32,000 nt of DNA from Candidatus Lokiarchaeum ossiferum (GCA_025839675.1 CP104013.1:4230001-4262000), one strand, 5' to 3'. Counted from the stretch's first letter, positions 8,053-16,868 are shown. The notes: a model not told the origin generated them from the sequence alone. Numbers and translations: made by a program.

Positions 8053-10821
8053 TTAGGACTTTTTTTTGGCCATAATTAATATTACAACAATTAATCCTCC
8101 GATACCTCCAATAATTCCGAGTTGGGTGTTCGTATCTGTCGGTTGTAAATAGGTGATCCAATTGTTGGGAGAATCTCCCTCTGAAGTCGTTTCACTGGTA
8201 CCCTCGCTAGTACTCCTGCTAGCATCCTCACTAGTAGTTGTATTCAGAAACTCAATTGTGATCTTTACTATTGTGTGTAGTCCATTCCCGTATTGATCCA
8301 CTACTGAGATTTTTATCCAATAGAAGCTCTTTGTTAATTCGGTAATATTTTGGATGATTCCTTCATCATTAATTACAAATTCTGAAGTTGCATTTATCGA
8401 ATAAGTAATATTAGACAAATCTGTTGCTATAACTTGGATGTTTAAGGCATTCCCTTCCGTTAAAATTTGGTCTGAAGGGGGTTGATTCCAAGTGGGGGAA
8501 GTTGTGTCTCGGACAGAGAATGACAAATTATGATTCATTTCATTTCCTAGGGTGTCATTAACCCTAATTTCAAGAGGATAGGTTCCAATCGGAAGGAGAC
8601 CAACTGTTGTTAAATTCCCTGTTTCAGAGTTGATGTAAAAATGGATTGTATCGTTAATGGTATAACAATCAATCCCCGAGGGATCCGTTGCATTGAGATC
8701 ATAATACCAGTCTTGACCAAATTCAATAAATTGATTAATAGGTAGAGGGTTCCATGTGGGGGCTCCCGGTTCTTGGACCTGTATCATAATTTCAAAAAAG
8801 TTCTCATTACCTAAGGTGTCATTAACCATTATTTCAAGAGGATAGGTTCCAATTGGAAGGATGCCAACTGTTGTTAAATTGCCTGTTTCAGAGTCAATGT
8901 GAAAATGGGTTGTATCGTTAATGGTATAACAATCAATCCCCGAGGGATCTGTAGCATTGAGATCATAATACCAATCATAGCCGAATTCGATAAATTGATT
9001 GAGTGGTGCGGGATCCCATGTGGGGGCTCCCGGTTCTTGGAATGTTGTGAAATTCCAGGTGTTTGATATATTATAGGATTGTCCGTCACCAGTAACTGTA
9101 TACCATTCATAAGTAGTATCATTTAGTAGTTCACTCCACTCAACTGCTGCGACATCCCCACTTGAAACTCCAAACTGGGTTCCAATGAGTGAATCATCTT
9201 TTGCATTGAAAAATGATACAGTGAGTGTATCTGAATCTGGATCATCCACGTATACCATTAATTGTGCTGATGATGATATTTCTGTGCTATTAAATGCTGG
9301 GAATGGGTTTGTAGCGGTTGATTTTAAGGAACCCCAATAATCCAATTGCGGATCTCCATATAAATTAAATTCCATTTTATTCATCCAACTTTCTGCGCCC
9401 CAGAGATCTCCTCCATTGTATTTGGACTCGAAAAGAGCATCTCCCGCGGGAAGATTAAGTCGTAGTAAGTTATCCATGTATTTATAGCCTAATCCTGTAT
9501 TGTCGGAGACATAATCCCACATATCTGCTTCCCATTCTCCTACACCGTACCAGCTTACTTGGGCTGCGGACACCGTACTAATGGCTGCACCTTGTTTTAA
9601 TAATGCATATCCTAAATTATTCGAGTTTTCTGGGTTCCCATTATTACAAGAAGATTGATAAATGAATGCTGGGACATCTGTTTCGAGGTTTCCGACAGAA
9701 GAAGAACTTACAAAAGGTTCCCAATCCATTTCACTCGCATTATCTTCTGGAACCCCATCTCCATCGTCAGCAGACCAATATTTGCGATAAACTCCAGAAT
9801 CACTGCCATGACCCCACCATAAAACGGCCCCTTGATCATAGTTGAAATATGTTTCAAAATTTGAAGCGTTTAAATTGTTTGTATAATGAAATGCACTTGG
9901 GAGGACAGGATCCAATCCGGCTCCTTCATACAACACGGTATCATTCATACCTAATCCTGCTAACACATTTGTATAGAGTTCTTCTGGTAGATTTAATCCG
10001 TCTGTTCTCTCATATCCTTGATTATCTTCATTTTCATAATTGGAAATTGCCATCGGTAACAGGATGTTGTTTTTTCCCTCGTAAGTTTGGTTGTGATGGG
10101 ATCGAATTCGGAATAAAATTTCATCCAGTGTAGAGTAATCCTCATCATAAACGGGAATACGTCCTGCAAAAACTTCTGTTTGAAAATCTACCTCAGTATC
10201 TTCATATTCGCCGTAAAATCCATCTGAATCGGAATCCCAATTTCCAGATAGGTCAGCATAATAGTAGTCTGTGAAAGTAAATTCATCGGAACCTGTTCCC
10301 GAACGTGGCCAGACTTTTAACATGGGTACATCCCCTCCATCATCTGGATCGCCAATCAACAGCACATATTCTATATTTTTAGGTGTTTGTTGGTTTTTCA
10401 ACCATGTACGGATGGCGTGAGCGCGATCTTGACCAAAAAAATATCCATAATCGTCTTCTGTAATAACTTCTACATTGAACCCTAAATATTGTTTATATTT
10501 TACAAAATCTTGCAATTCCGCACTATTTGTTTCAATCGCATTGGTGGTCACGATAATATACGAGGTATTTACATCCTCCGTTTGGTGGGGGGGAGCGTTA
10601 ACTTGAGGTGTTTGATCTATTTTTCTATGTGAATATAGTTGCATATTGTTTAGAATTACGGCTTTCAGCGATTCATCAACAATTAGGTCTTTGATTTGAA
10701 GGGTTTCTTCCGTATCGTCTGTAATTTTAGATGTACTTCCCTGAAGAAGCCCGCATAGGAATAGGAAGATCAATATTTTCTTAAGATGACCCTTCCTTTG
10801 AAATTCCTTACTTTTTTTCAT
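8053..10821 (-). CDS. Secreted clan-CD cysteine peptidase (C25 gingipain-like) with tandem Ig/cadherin-like domains, Ser/Thr-rich stalk and C-terminal TM anchor
   Basis: The 922-aa ORF has an N-terminal signal-like segment (KKILIFLFLCGLLQG). Its C25-like propeptide/catalytic layout includes YIIVTTN..LQDFVKYKQYLGFNVEV, YVLLIGDPD..VPM, and a His-Cys dyad context (WWGHGS and IYQSSCNNG). Two near-identical 88-aa domains and one diverged copy follow. Then comes TSEDASRSTSEGTSETTSEGDS and the anchor LGIIGGIGGLIVVILIMAKKKS. Confidence 0.8.
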   Translation of the reverse strand: MKKSKEFQRKGHLKKILIFLFLCGLLQGSTSKITDDTEETLQIKDLIVDESLKAVILNNMQLYSHRKIDQTPQVNAPPHQTEDVNTSYIIVTTNAIETNSAELQDFVKYKQYLGFNVEVITEDDYGYFFGQDRAHAIRTWLKNQQTPKNIEYVLLIGDPDDGGDVPMLKVWPRSGTGSDEFTFTDYYYADLSGNWDSDSDGFYGEYEDTEVDFQTEVFAGRIPVYDEDYSTLDEILFRIRSHHNQTYEGKNNILLPMAISNYENEDNQGYERTDGLNLPEELYTNVLAGLGMNDTVLYEGAGLDPVLPSAFHYTNNLNASNFETYFNYDQGAVLWWGHGSDSGVYRKYWSADDGDGVPEDNASEMDWEPFVSSSSVGNLETDVPAFIYQSSCNNGNPENSNNLGYALLKQGAAISTVSAAQVSWYGVGEWEADMWDYVSDNTGLGYKYMDNLLRLNLPAGDALFESKYNGGDLWGAESWMNKMEFNLYGDPQLDYWGSLKSTATNPFPAFNSTEISSSAQLMVYVDDPDSDTLTVSFFNAKDDSLIGTQFGVSSGDVAAVEWSELLNDTTYEWYTVTGDGQSYNISNTWNFTTFQEPGAPTWDPAPLNQFIEFGYDWYYDLNATDPSGIDCYTINDTTHFHIDSETGNLTTVGILPIGTYPLEIMVNDTLGNENFFEIMIQVQEPGAPTWNPLPINQFIEFGQDWYYDLNATDPSGIDCYTINDTIHFYINSETGNLTTVGLLPIGTYPLEIRVNDTLGNEMNHNLSFSVRDTTSPTWNQPPSDQILTEGNALNIQVIATDLSNITYSINATSEFVINDEGIIQNITELTKSFYWIKISVVDQYGNGLHTIVKITIEFLNTTTSEDASRSTSEGTSETTSEGDSPNNWITYLQPTDTNTQLGIIGGIGGLIVVILIMAKKKS
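8512..9039. repeat. Tandem 264-bp direct repeat (2 near-identical copies) encoding 88-aa beta-sandwich-type domains of the C25 protein; a third diverged copy lies at about 8250-8511
   Basis: The string ccatgtgggggctcccggttcttgg recurs at 8752-8776 and 9016-9040, a period of 264. The encoded units are QEPGAPTW[DN]P.P[LI]NQFIEFG.DWYYDLNATDPSGIDCYTINDT.HF.I.SETGNLTTVG.LPIGTYPLEI.VNDTLGNE. Confidence 0.85.
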
Positions 10822-10922
10822 ATATATAACATCGAAACTTTGTTAATATTTTCTTGGGTTCATGGAGAAGATTAATATGAAAAAAAGCACTCTGACAAGG
10901 TAGAATATAAGGATACAAGAAA

Positions 10923-11399
10923 ATGAAAACACTGATTGTAATCTATTCCTATCATCATAAGAATACAGAGAAAATCGCACATATAATGGGAAAAGTGTTG
11001 GATGCTGATGTAAAAGCACCTAAAAATTTAACTCCCGAAATAGTTCGAACATATGATCTTATTGGGTTTGGGTCGGGAATCTATAGTGCCAAGCATCACT
11101 CAATTCTGCTTGAATTTGTGAAAAATTTGCCCGAAATTCCAAATCTAAACGCTTTCATTTTTTCAACAGCAGCCTTAGTTGGAAAAGAAAAAATGATGTC
11201 AGATCACCAGCAGTTGAAAAGTGTGTTAGAAAGAAAAGGATTTGTGATTCTGGATGAGTTTAGTTGTAAAGGATTTAACACCAATAGCTTCTTAAAGTTC
11301 TTCGGTGGTATGAATAAAAATAGACCAAATGCTATAGACCTGAAGAATGCGGAAATTTTTGCCCAGAATCTTCGAAATAGTCTGGAAAAGAAGAATTGA
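10923..11399 (+). CDS. Flavodoxin-family protein (short-chain, Flavodoxin_4/5-like)
   Basis: The 158-aa ORF has MKTLIVIYSYHHKNTEKIA, YDLIGFGSGIY, AFIFSTA and FSCKGF, the standard layout of this family. Confidence 0.8.
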   Translation: MKTLIVIYSYHHKNTEKIAHIMGKVLDADVKAPKNLTPEIVRTYDLIGFGSGIYSAKHHSILLEFVKNLPEIPNLNAFIFSTAALVGKEKMMSDHQQLKSVLERKGFVILDEFSCKGFNTNSFLKFFGGMNKNRPNAIDLKNAEIFAQNLRNSLEKKN

Positions 11400-11456
11400 A
11401 ACGAATCCAATAAATTAAATAAAAAAAATGGGTGTGTCTCCTTTTTCAAACCTTTA

Positions 11457-12185
11457 CTATAATTCCATTTTCACCGGATTCTTGAGTATCCCGATGTTTT
11501 CAATTTCAATTTCCATGATATCCCCTTCTTTTAAGGCTGCCACTCCTTTGGGGGTTCCGGTTATTATGATATCTCCTTCTTCCAATGTAAAATTGCATGA
11601 AACATATTCAATAATGGAGGGAATGTCGAAAATCATAAATCGTGTGTTAGAATCTTGGCATAGATTTCCATTTAAACGACTTTGAATTCTTAAATTTTGG
11701 GGATCTCCGATATCCTCCATTAATACTACTTGAGGTCCAATTGGTCCAAAAGTATCAAAACTTTTTCCCCTAAACCATCCTGTTTTATCCGATTTTTGAA
11801 TATTTCGCTGACTCACATCATTCATACAAGTGAATCCCAAAATATGCTTCATTGCTTCGTTTTTAGGGACATTTTTACATCTATCCTTAATTATAATTGC
11901 AAGTTCCGCTTCAAGATCCGTCCGTACTGTCTCAAAATTGTATTGATAGGCTATTTTTGGAATAACAACTGGTTCATCCGGGCCAATTAAAACATTTGGA
12001 GTTTTTGGAAATATATGAGGTTCTGTAGGTAGAGTATTTTTTGCTTTCTCTGGATCAATATCTAAATTCAATGCAATTTCCTGACTTTCTTTGATATGTT
12101 CCAGGTAATTCAAACCCAAAGCGATGATTTTACTCGGATGAATTTTATAACGTTCTTTTTTTTTATAAATAGGAAGTGTTACCAT
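11457..12185 (-). CDS. Fumarylacetoacetate hydrolase (FAH) family protein (2-keto-4-pentenoate hydratase / oxaloacetate decarboxylase-like)
   Basis: The 242-aa ORF has KIIALGLNYLEH, FPKTPNVLIGPDEPVVIP, DLEAELAIII, GFTCMNDVSQRN, GKSFDTFGPIGP and GDIIITGTPKGV..LKEGD...IEIENIG.L.N.V. Confidence 0.9.
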   Translation of the reverse strand: MVTLPIYKKKERYKIHPSKIIALGLNYLEHIKESQEIALNLDIDPEKAKNTLPTEPHIFPKTPNVLIGPDEPVVIPKIAYQYNFETVRTDLEAELAIIIKDRCKNVPKNEAMKHILGFTCMNDVSQRNIQKSDKTGWFRGKSFDTFGPIGPQVVLMEDIGDPQNLRIQSRLNGNLCQDSNTRFMIFDIPSIIEYVSCNFTLEEGDIIITGTPKGVAALKEGDIMEIEIENIGILKNPVKMEL

Positions 12186-12474
12186 ACCTCTTTATAATGT
12201 AATCTCGTTAAAAAATAGAATAAAAATGAAACTTATTAATTCTTTGTTAATTCTCTTAAAAATCATTCTACTCTCGCCCTTTTCCGAATTATTTTTAACT
12301 CATCAATCTAAATTATATCTGCAAGCATCGGTCAAAAATTACCAAAATCTTTCCGTACACATATTTGTGAACTTTGTTAAAATGTCATCCCCAAAAATCT
12401 AAATTTTTAATAAACTCCAAATATGAATAATATTAGGAAACCTTTTTTTGATCGACAAGGAATGAATCCAACAC

Positions 12475-13728
12475 ATGGTAAAGAAGAAATATGTTTTCAA
12501 GATTCTGGTGGCTGGCCAAGGTGGAGTAGGAAAAACTACTCTCTTAAATCGTGCCGTGACGGGTAAATTTGTTCAGAACACAGCTATGACCATCGGCGTC
12601 GAGTTTCACTTATTGAATTTTACACTTGGCAATGAAGGATCAGATGACTCCCTCAACACGACGCTTCAACTTTGGGATTTTGGTGGCCAGGAGCGATTTC
12701 GCTTCATGTTGGATTCATACGTGGCTGGTGCACGTGGTGCCCTCTTATTATATGATTTAACCCGATTACGAACTCTAGATGGACTAGAAGAATGGGTGAA
12801 TATTGTGCGAAAACACGATAAAAATTTACCTATTTTGTTTGTCGGAACCAAATTGGATAGGGTTGAAGATATCACGGTCGCAGATGATTATGCCCACGAA
12901 TTCTTGGAACCCTTACAAATGTTTGGACATATGAAGATTTCCAGTAAAGATGGAACTGGTGTAAAGGATGCTTTCAAAGCCATCTCTCGCAAAATTTTAG
13001 AAATGAATGGAGTGCCATTACCTGCTGAAGATTTAAGCGGTGTAGTTACTCCTGCTCCTGGAACAAATTTACCTGGTGGAGATCAAATAACTCCTTCGAC
13101 TCCAAGTCCAGCCCCTTTCAGTGCACCTTCACCCCCTAAATCGGAGAACCCTGCGCCTTTTAGTGCACCAAAACCTGTTGAGCCAACTCCTGCACCTTTC
13201 AGTGCACCTTCGACTCCAAGTCCAGCGCCTTTCAGCGCACCTGTTGTTCCTAAATCAGAGGGTTCTGCACCTTTCAGTGCACCTTCGACTCCAAGTCCAG
13301 CACCTTTCAGCGCACCTAGTGCTCCTAAATCAGAGAGCCCTGCGCCTTTTAGTGCTCCGAAACCTGTTGAGCCAACTCCTGCACCTTTCAGTGCACCTTC
13401 GACACCAAGTCCAGCACCTTTCAGCGCACCTAGTGCTCCTAAATCAGAAAGCCCTGCGCCTTTTAGTGCCCCAAAACCCGTTGAGCCAACTCCTGCACCT
13501 TCAATTCCAAGTCCAGCGCCTTTCAGCGCACCTAGTGCTCCTAAACCAGAGAACTCTGCACCTTTTAGTGCCCCAAAACCTGTTGAGCCAACTCCTTTTA
13601 CTGCTCCAAAACCCGCTGATCCTTCACCCTTTAGTTTTTCTCAACCTACTGAAGAAGAAAAGAAGAAAGAAGCAGAACGGAAGAAAAAGGAAGAAGATGA
13701 ACGCCTTAATAGCTTTTTCTCTGTATAG
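12475..13728 (+). CDS. Rab/Ras-like small GTPase with long C-terminal APFSAP proline-rich repeat tail
   Basis: The 417-aa ORF has G1 GQGGVGKT, G2 TIGVEF, G3 WDFGGQERF, G4 GTKLD and G5 SSK within residues 1-177. Residues ~206-391 hold 12 exact APFSAP units plus degenerate copies. The protein ends with a charged helix and NSFFSV, and it has no C-terminal Cys. Confidence 0.9.
   Translation: MVKKKYVFKILVAGQGGVGKTTLLNRAVTGKFVQNTAMTIGVEFHLLNFTLGNEGSDDSLNTTLQLWDFGGQERFRFMLDSYVAGARGALLLYDLTRLRTLDGLEEWVNIVRKHDKNLPILFVGTKLDRVEDITVADDYAHEFLEPLQMFGHMKISSKDGTGVKDAFKAISRKILEMNGVPLPAEDLSGVVTPAPGTNLPGGDQITPSTPSPAPFSAPSPPKSENPAPFSAPKPVEPTPAPFSAPSTPSPAPFSAPVVPKSEGSAPFSAPSTPSPAPFSAPSAPKSESPAPFSAPKPVEPTPAPFSAPSTPSPAPFSAPSAPKSESPAPFSAPKPVEPTPAPSIPSPAPFSAPSAPKPENSAPFSAPKPVEPTPFTAPKPADPSPFSFSQPTEEEKKKEAERKKKEEDERLNSFFSV
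13090..13647. repeat. Intragenic tandem repeat array (33-42-bp APFSAP units organised in 114-bp higher-order repeats), locally GC-enriched
   Basis: The string gcacctttcagtgcaccttcgac[t/a]ccaagtcc starts at 13267 and at 13381, a period of 114. A third copy starts at 13495 and carries a 12-nt deletion. Earlier partial copies begin at about 13105. Confidence 0.9.
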
Positions 13729-13739
13729 AAGGGTCTCTG

Positions 13740-14156
13740 GTGGTCATTTACCTTTTTTTAGATGCTAATTTTATCTTAATTCCCGCTCAGTTCAAAGTTG
13801 ATATATATTCTGAATTCGAGCGCTTAATTCCGAAACCTTGGGAAATTATATTAGTGTCAGCTATATTTTCTGAAATCGAATATAAAATTACTCGGTTCTC
13901 TCAAAAAACAAAATTGAAACGACAATATTTAATGGCCCGTCAATTACTTACGCGACAATCTTATCGCCTAATAAAGAAAGAACGCACATCTGATCAAATA
14001 GTTGATGATTTGCTGTTAGAAGTGGCCCTTGAATTCCAAGAACTTGGGGGTGAAGTTTATCTCTGTACGAATGATAAAGAATTACGGGAAAAATGTCATC
14101 AACAAGAAATAAAAACTGTTTTCTTGCGTCAAGAAAAATTTTTAGATGTTGAATAA
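13740..14156 (+). CDS. PIN-domain ribonuclease, Fcf1/Utp24-like (COG1412 type)
   Basis: The 138-aa ORF has VIYLFLDANFILIPAQFKVDIYSEFERL at its N-terminus and VYLCTNDKELREK near its C-terminus. Both match the archaeal Fcf1-type PIN pattern (D-x-N-F...T-N-D-x-x-L). The GTG start lies 12 nt after the GTPase stop. Confidence 0.7.
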   Translation: MVIYLFLDANFILIPAQFKVDIYSEFERLIPKPWEIILVSAIFSEIEYKITRFSQKTKLKRQYLMARQLLTRQSYRLIKKERTSDQIVDDLLLEVALEFQELGGEVYLCTNDKELREKCHQQEIKTVFLRQEKFLDVE

Positions 14157-14212
14157 GTGTTTGTTATTCAAAAATATGTATAAAAAAAAGAGGTAAAATT
14201 AGATATTTACAC

Positions 14213-16165
14213 TTATAATTTCTGAATTTCAGTAAATAGTCTTTCAGCTGTGCTATTTAATTCTTCAGCAGCAGCACTCATTTCTTCAAGCGTTGAAGCC
14301 ATTTCTTCAGTTGAGGATGACAATTCTTCTGCAGTACCCGAGCTTTGTTCGATCACAACATTGATTTTTTCAACGCTATTAACAATTTCATTAATATCCC
14401 CATCTTGAGATGATACTGAATCAATTGTTTGCTTAATTCCTTCATTTGTTTGATTTATTACATTAAACAAAGCATCTAATTGAACTTTGGTTCCATTTAA
14501 AGCCACATCCCCTTTTTCAATAGAGTTCACCGTGTCATTTGTTGCAGAGACTGCATCCCCTACTTCAACTTGGATTGCTTTGATTAAGTCGTTAATCTGA
14601 TCCGCGGCTTGTTTGGAGTCTTCTGCTAACTTTCTGACCTGTTCTGCAACAACTGCAAATCCTTTGCCTGCATCACCTGCTCGAGCTGCTTCGATTGCAG
14701 CATTTAACGCAAGTAAATTCGTTTCTGTTGCTATTCCAGCAATAGCATCAACAATTTTATTGATCTCTTTACTTTTTATTTCAAGGGATCCCATTGTTTT
14801 TGCTACTTTATCTGCTCCTTTAGTTATTTCAGTGATTTGAGTGACCAAGTCCTCGGTAAGATTTTTTCCCTTTTGTGCCATAGCTTGACCTTGGGAACCA
14901 ACTTCCGCAAGATCTGCAGAATTTTTTACAATTTCTTGACTGACTCCTTGAACTTTAAGGACTGCATTAGAAATTTGATTGACAGATTGTGTTTGATGTT
15001 GAGCACCTTTAGCAACTTCCTGTGTTCCTCCTGTTACTTCTTGAACAGATAGATTTATTTGATTACTGGATTGAGCAATTTGATTTGCCATACTTGAAAC
15101 CTCTTCTGCAATTTTTGCGACCTCTTTAATTAAATTCTTAATATTGGTCACATCAACTATCGTTCCAATTGCTCCCAAATTTTTACCAGAAGAATCAATT
15201 AAAGGTTTAACTGTGATTTGAACAATAATATGTTCATTCCGACCACTTTTTAATTCAAATTCAACATCTTTCGCTTCCCCATTGTGTTGAAGTTGACTTA
15301 GAAAATCTTCCCCCTTTCTTCCTTCCTTGAAAATCGAATTAATAGACTTCCCAATGTAGGTATCTTTCGAAAATTGGGTAAAATCTAACATTGATTGACC
15401 AACATTTTTAATAGTATAATCTGAATCTGTAATTATTATTGGTGAAGATGTCCCGTTTACAATGGTTGTATTCATTTCAGATTGTTCACTCACTTCAACA
15501 AGTATTGTTTCCATGCCTAACGCCGAATTCTGAGTTAATTTTGAACTTTGAATGTTAACTACAATGATGGATGCAATAATAGCTATCGTTGAAATTATCG
15601 CTACCCAAAAAATGATAGTATTAATTAGAATTAATTGGGGAGTTGAAACATCTTCAACATATCGTTCTATACCTTTGAGTACTTCAGTGATTGATTCCAT
15701 GTGCACATCTAACTCACCATAGGGAACCAAGAATTCTGCTAAAGTTGAATCATTTTCTGCTACCGTATAGCATACTAATACTTGAGATTCAAATTCGTCA
15801 AATTCTGTCTTACTTTCAACTACTAATTCCAAAATATCGTTTGGCATGTTCAATAACAAGTAACTATCAAACAAATTCGCTGCATCTGCAATAAATGAAT
15901 TGATTTCTTCCTTCAATGCGATTCTATTATCAGTATCCAGAAAATAATCAAAAGATATTTCATATGCATTTAGTAAACTGATTTGAATCTCCATCGAGTG
16001 GTCTGCAATTTCAACCTCATTATCTATGAGTTTTGTATTTTGGGCTTGAATTATTATCATAAAGGTGATATTTGAGACCCCTAATATTACGAGTAAGAAA
16101 AGAGTATTCCGTAACCTTTTCACGGCTTTATTGATTGTTTCAAGATTTTTATTTTCATTTGCCAT
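14213..16165 (-). CDS. Methyl-accepting chemotaxis protein (two TM helices, helical periplasmic-type sensor, cytoplasmic PAS, MA signalling domain)
   Basis: The signalling hairpin core is canonical: [36 protein letters not shown]. The TM helices are [18 protein letters not shown] and [20 protein letters not shown]. There is also a PAS-like segment ([16 protein letters not shown]...IGTIVDVT). I prefer the ATG at 16165, which has AGAGGA 8 nt upstream, over the TTG at 16201. Confidence 0.9.
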   Translation of the reverse strand: MANENKNLETINKAVKRLRNTLFLLVILGVSNITFMIIIQAQNTKLIDNEVEIADHSMEIQISLLNAYEISFDYFLDTDNRIALKEEINSFIADAANLFDSYLLLNMPNDILELVVESKTEFDEFESQVLVCYTVAENDSTLAEFLVPYGELDVHMESITEVLKGIERYVEDVSTPQLILINTIIFWVAIISTIAIIASIIVVNIQSSKLTQNSALGMETILVEVSEQSEMNTTIVNGTSSPIIITDSDYTIKNVGQSMLDFTQFSKDTYIGKSINSIFKEGRKGEDFLSQLQHNGEAKDVEFELKSGRNEHIIVQITVKPLIDSSGKNLGAIGTIVDVTNIKNLIKEVAKIAEEVSSMANQIAQSSNQINLSVQEVTGGTQEVAKGAQHQTQSVNQISNAVLKVQGVSQEIVKNSADLAEVGSQGQAMAQKGKNLTEDLVTQITEITKGADKVAKTMGSLEIKSKEINKIVDAIAGIATETNLLALNAAIEAARAGDAGKGFAVVAEQVRKLAEDSKQAADQINDLIKAIQVEVGDAVSATNDTVNSIEKGDVALNGTKVQLDALFNVINQTNEGIKQTIDSVSSQDGDINEIVNSVEKINVVIEQSSGTAEELSSSTEEMASTLEEMSAAAEELNSTAERLFTEIQKL

Positions 16166-16508
16166 ATTTTTTTCCTCTAAGTTCTTTTCATTCGATTTCA
16201 AACTATTTCAATTGAATTGATTGTAAGGGTTTTGCATCATTTCATATATTTTTGGAAGGGTTACACCCAAAATTACATTTATATTGAATTTAAAGCCCAA
16301 AATCGATTTAATCTGAAATAAAAATTATATTAGGTCTTCCAGTCTAATGAACCTCTTATATGTAAATTCTGAGAAATATTTGTAAATAGAAATCCACTTT
16401 TTTCAAAAATGATGTTTTTAATAGGATTGTGAAGTGTCTAAGAATTAATACAATCCATGACGAAGAGAAATATTTTTCTTGGCTAAAAATGAAGTTTAAA
16501 AAAAAGGT

Positions 16509-16868
16509 TTAGATATTTTGCATGTCTTCTAAGAAATTTTTCTTAATGTAATTATGATTTTGAAGCCATGTGGATTGGGTACGAGTATATCGCCAAATGA
16601 TGTGGGCTTTGCGCTTTTTACCTTCTTTTTCCGTTTCAAAGTACCACGGACTTAAAATGACTAAATCGCCAACGCGTGTCCACATTCGTTTTTTGATTTT
16701 ACCCCGAATAAGCCCCATATAGAGTGTACCGTCTTCTCCCTTCACGGACATATGTTCACCACCATATATTTCCGTCACGACTCCCAATATTTCTTCATTT
16801 CTATAATTGGGAATTCTTGGGCGCTTAGGTGTAGCATCGGCTTGATTTCTTCTTCTATTTTTAGGAAT
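16509..16868 (-). CDS. eif1A: Translation initiation factor aIF-1A (eIF1A homologue); 5' boundary uncertain
   Basis: The OB-fold core is LGVVTEIYGGEHMSVKGEDGTLYMGLIRGKIKKRMWTRVGDLVILSPW. The track start (TTG 16787) cuts off an in-frame basic N-terminal segment, IPKNRRRNQADATPKRPRIPNYRNEEI, that is typical of aIF-1A. The frame is open up to 16889 and contains no ATG, GTG or TTG. The end given here is a candidate ATT codon at 16868 (see findings). Confidence 0.8.
   Translation of the reverse strand: MPKNRRRNQADATPKRPRIPNYRNEEILGVVTEIYGGEHMSVKGEDGTLYMGLIRGKIKKRMWTRVGDLVILSPWYFETEKEGKKRKAHIIWRYTRTQSTWLQNHNYIKKNFLEDMQNI

Noticed and set aside
8874-10133. Track ORFs 8874-9122(-) and 9849-10133(+) within the C25 peptidase gene.
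   Set aside because: They are alternative-frame or antisense readings inside a 922-aa ORF that has a coherent domain architecture.
10735-10821. A possible lipoprotein lipobox (LFLCG) in the C25 peptidase signal region.
   Set aside because: The residues before the Cys (L-F-L) do not fit the [LVI]-[ASTVI]-[GAS]-C consensus. A plain signal peptide together with the clear C-terminal TM anchor explains the topology.
11204-12875. Track ORFs 11204-11449(-), 11428-11685(+), 11730-11990(+) and 12666-12875(-).
   Set aside because: They overlap the flavodoxin, FAH and GTPase genes on the opposite strand. They have no motifs, and the host genes are confidently identified.
13090-13647. Reading the APFSAP repeats as ESCRT-I-binding P(S/T)AP late-domain motifs.
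   Set aside because: The core unit is F-S-A-P, not P-S-A-P. Exact PSAP arises only three times, at unit/spacer junctions (APSAPK). In a Pro/Ser/Ala-only low-complexity sequence that is easily a chance occurrence. I keep it as a caveat rather than a claim.
13121-13768. A 215-aa plus-strand ORF in an alternative frame (HLSVHLRLQVQ... repeats) overlapping the GTPase tail and running into the PIN gene.
   Set aside because: It is a frame-shifted reading of the same tandem repeat. It stays open only because the repeat unit lacks stops in that frame. The GTPase frame is continuous with a bona fide G-domain, and this ORF has no independent start context.
14613-15894. Track ORFs 14613-14840(+), 14837-15052(+) and 15691-15894(+), antisense to the MCP gene.
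   Set aside because: They are shadow ORFs opposite the Ala/Glu/Gln-rich coiled-coil codons of the MCP.
16202-16508. A possible C/D-box sRNA: aATGATGt at ~16408 and ATGACGA at ~16452 in the MCP/aIF-1A intergenic region.
   Set aside because: No properly spaced D or D' boxes (CTGA) follow, and there is no terminal stem. The box-like strings are expected by chance in AT-rich DNA.
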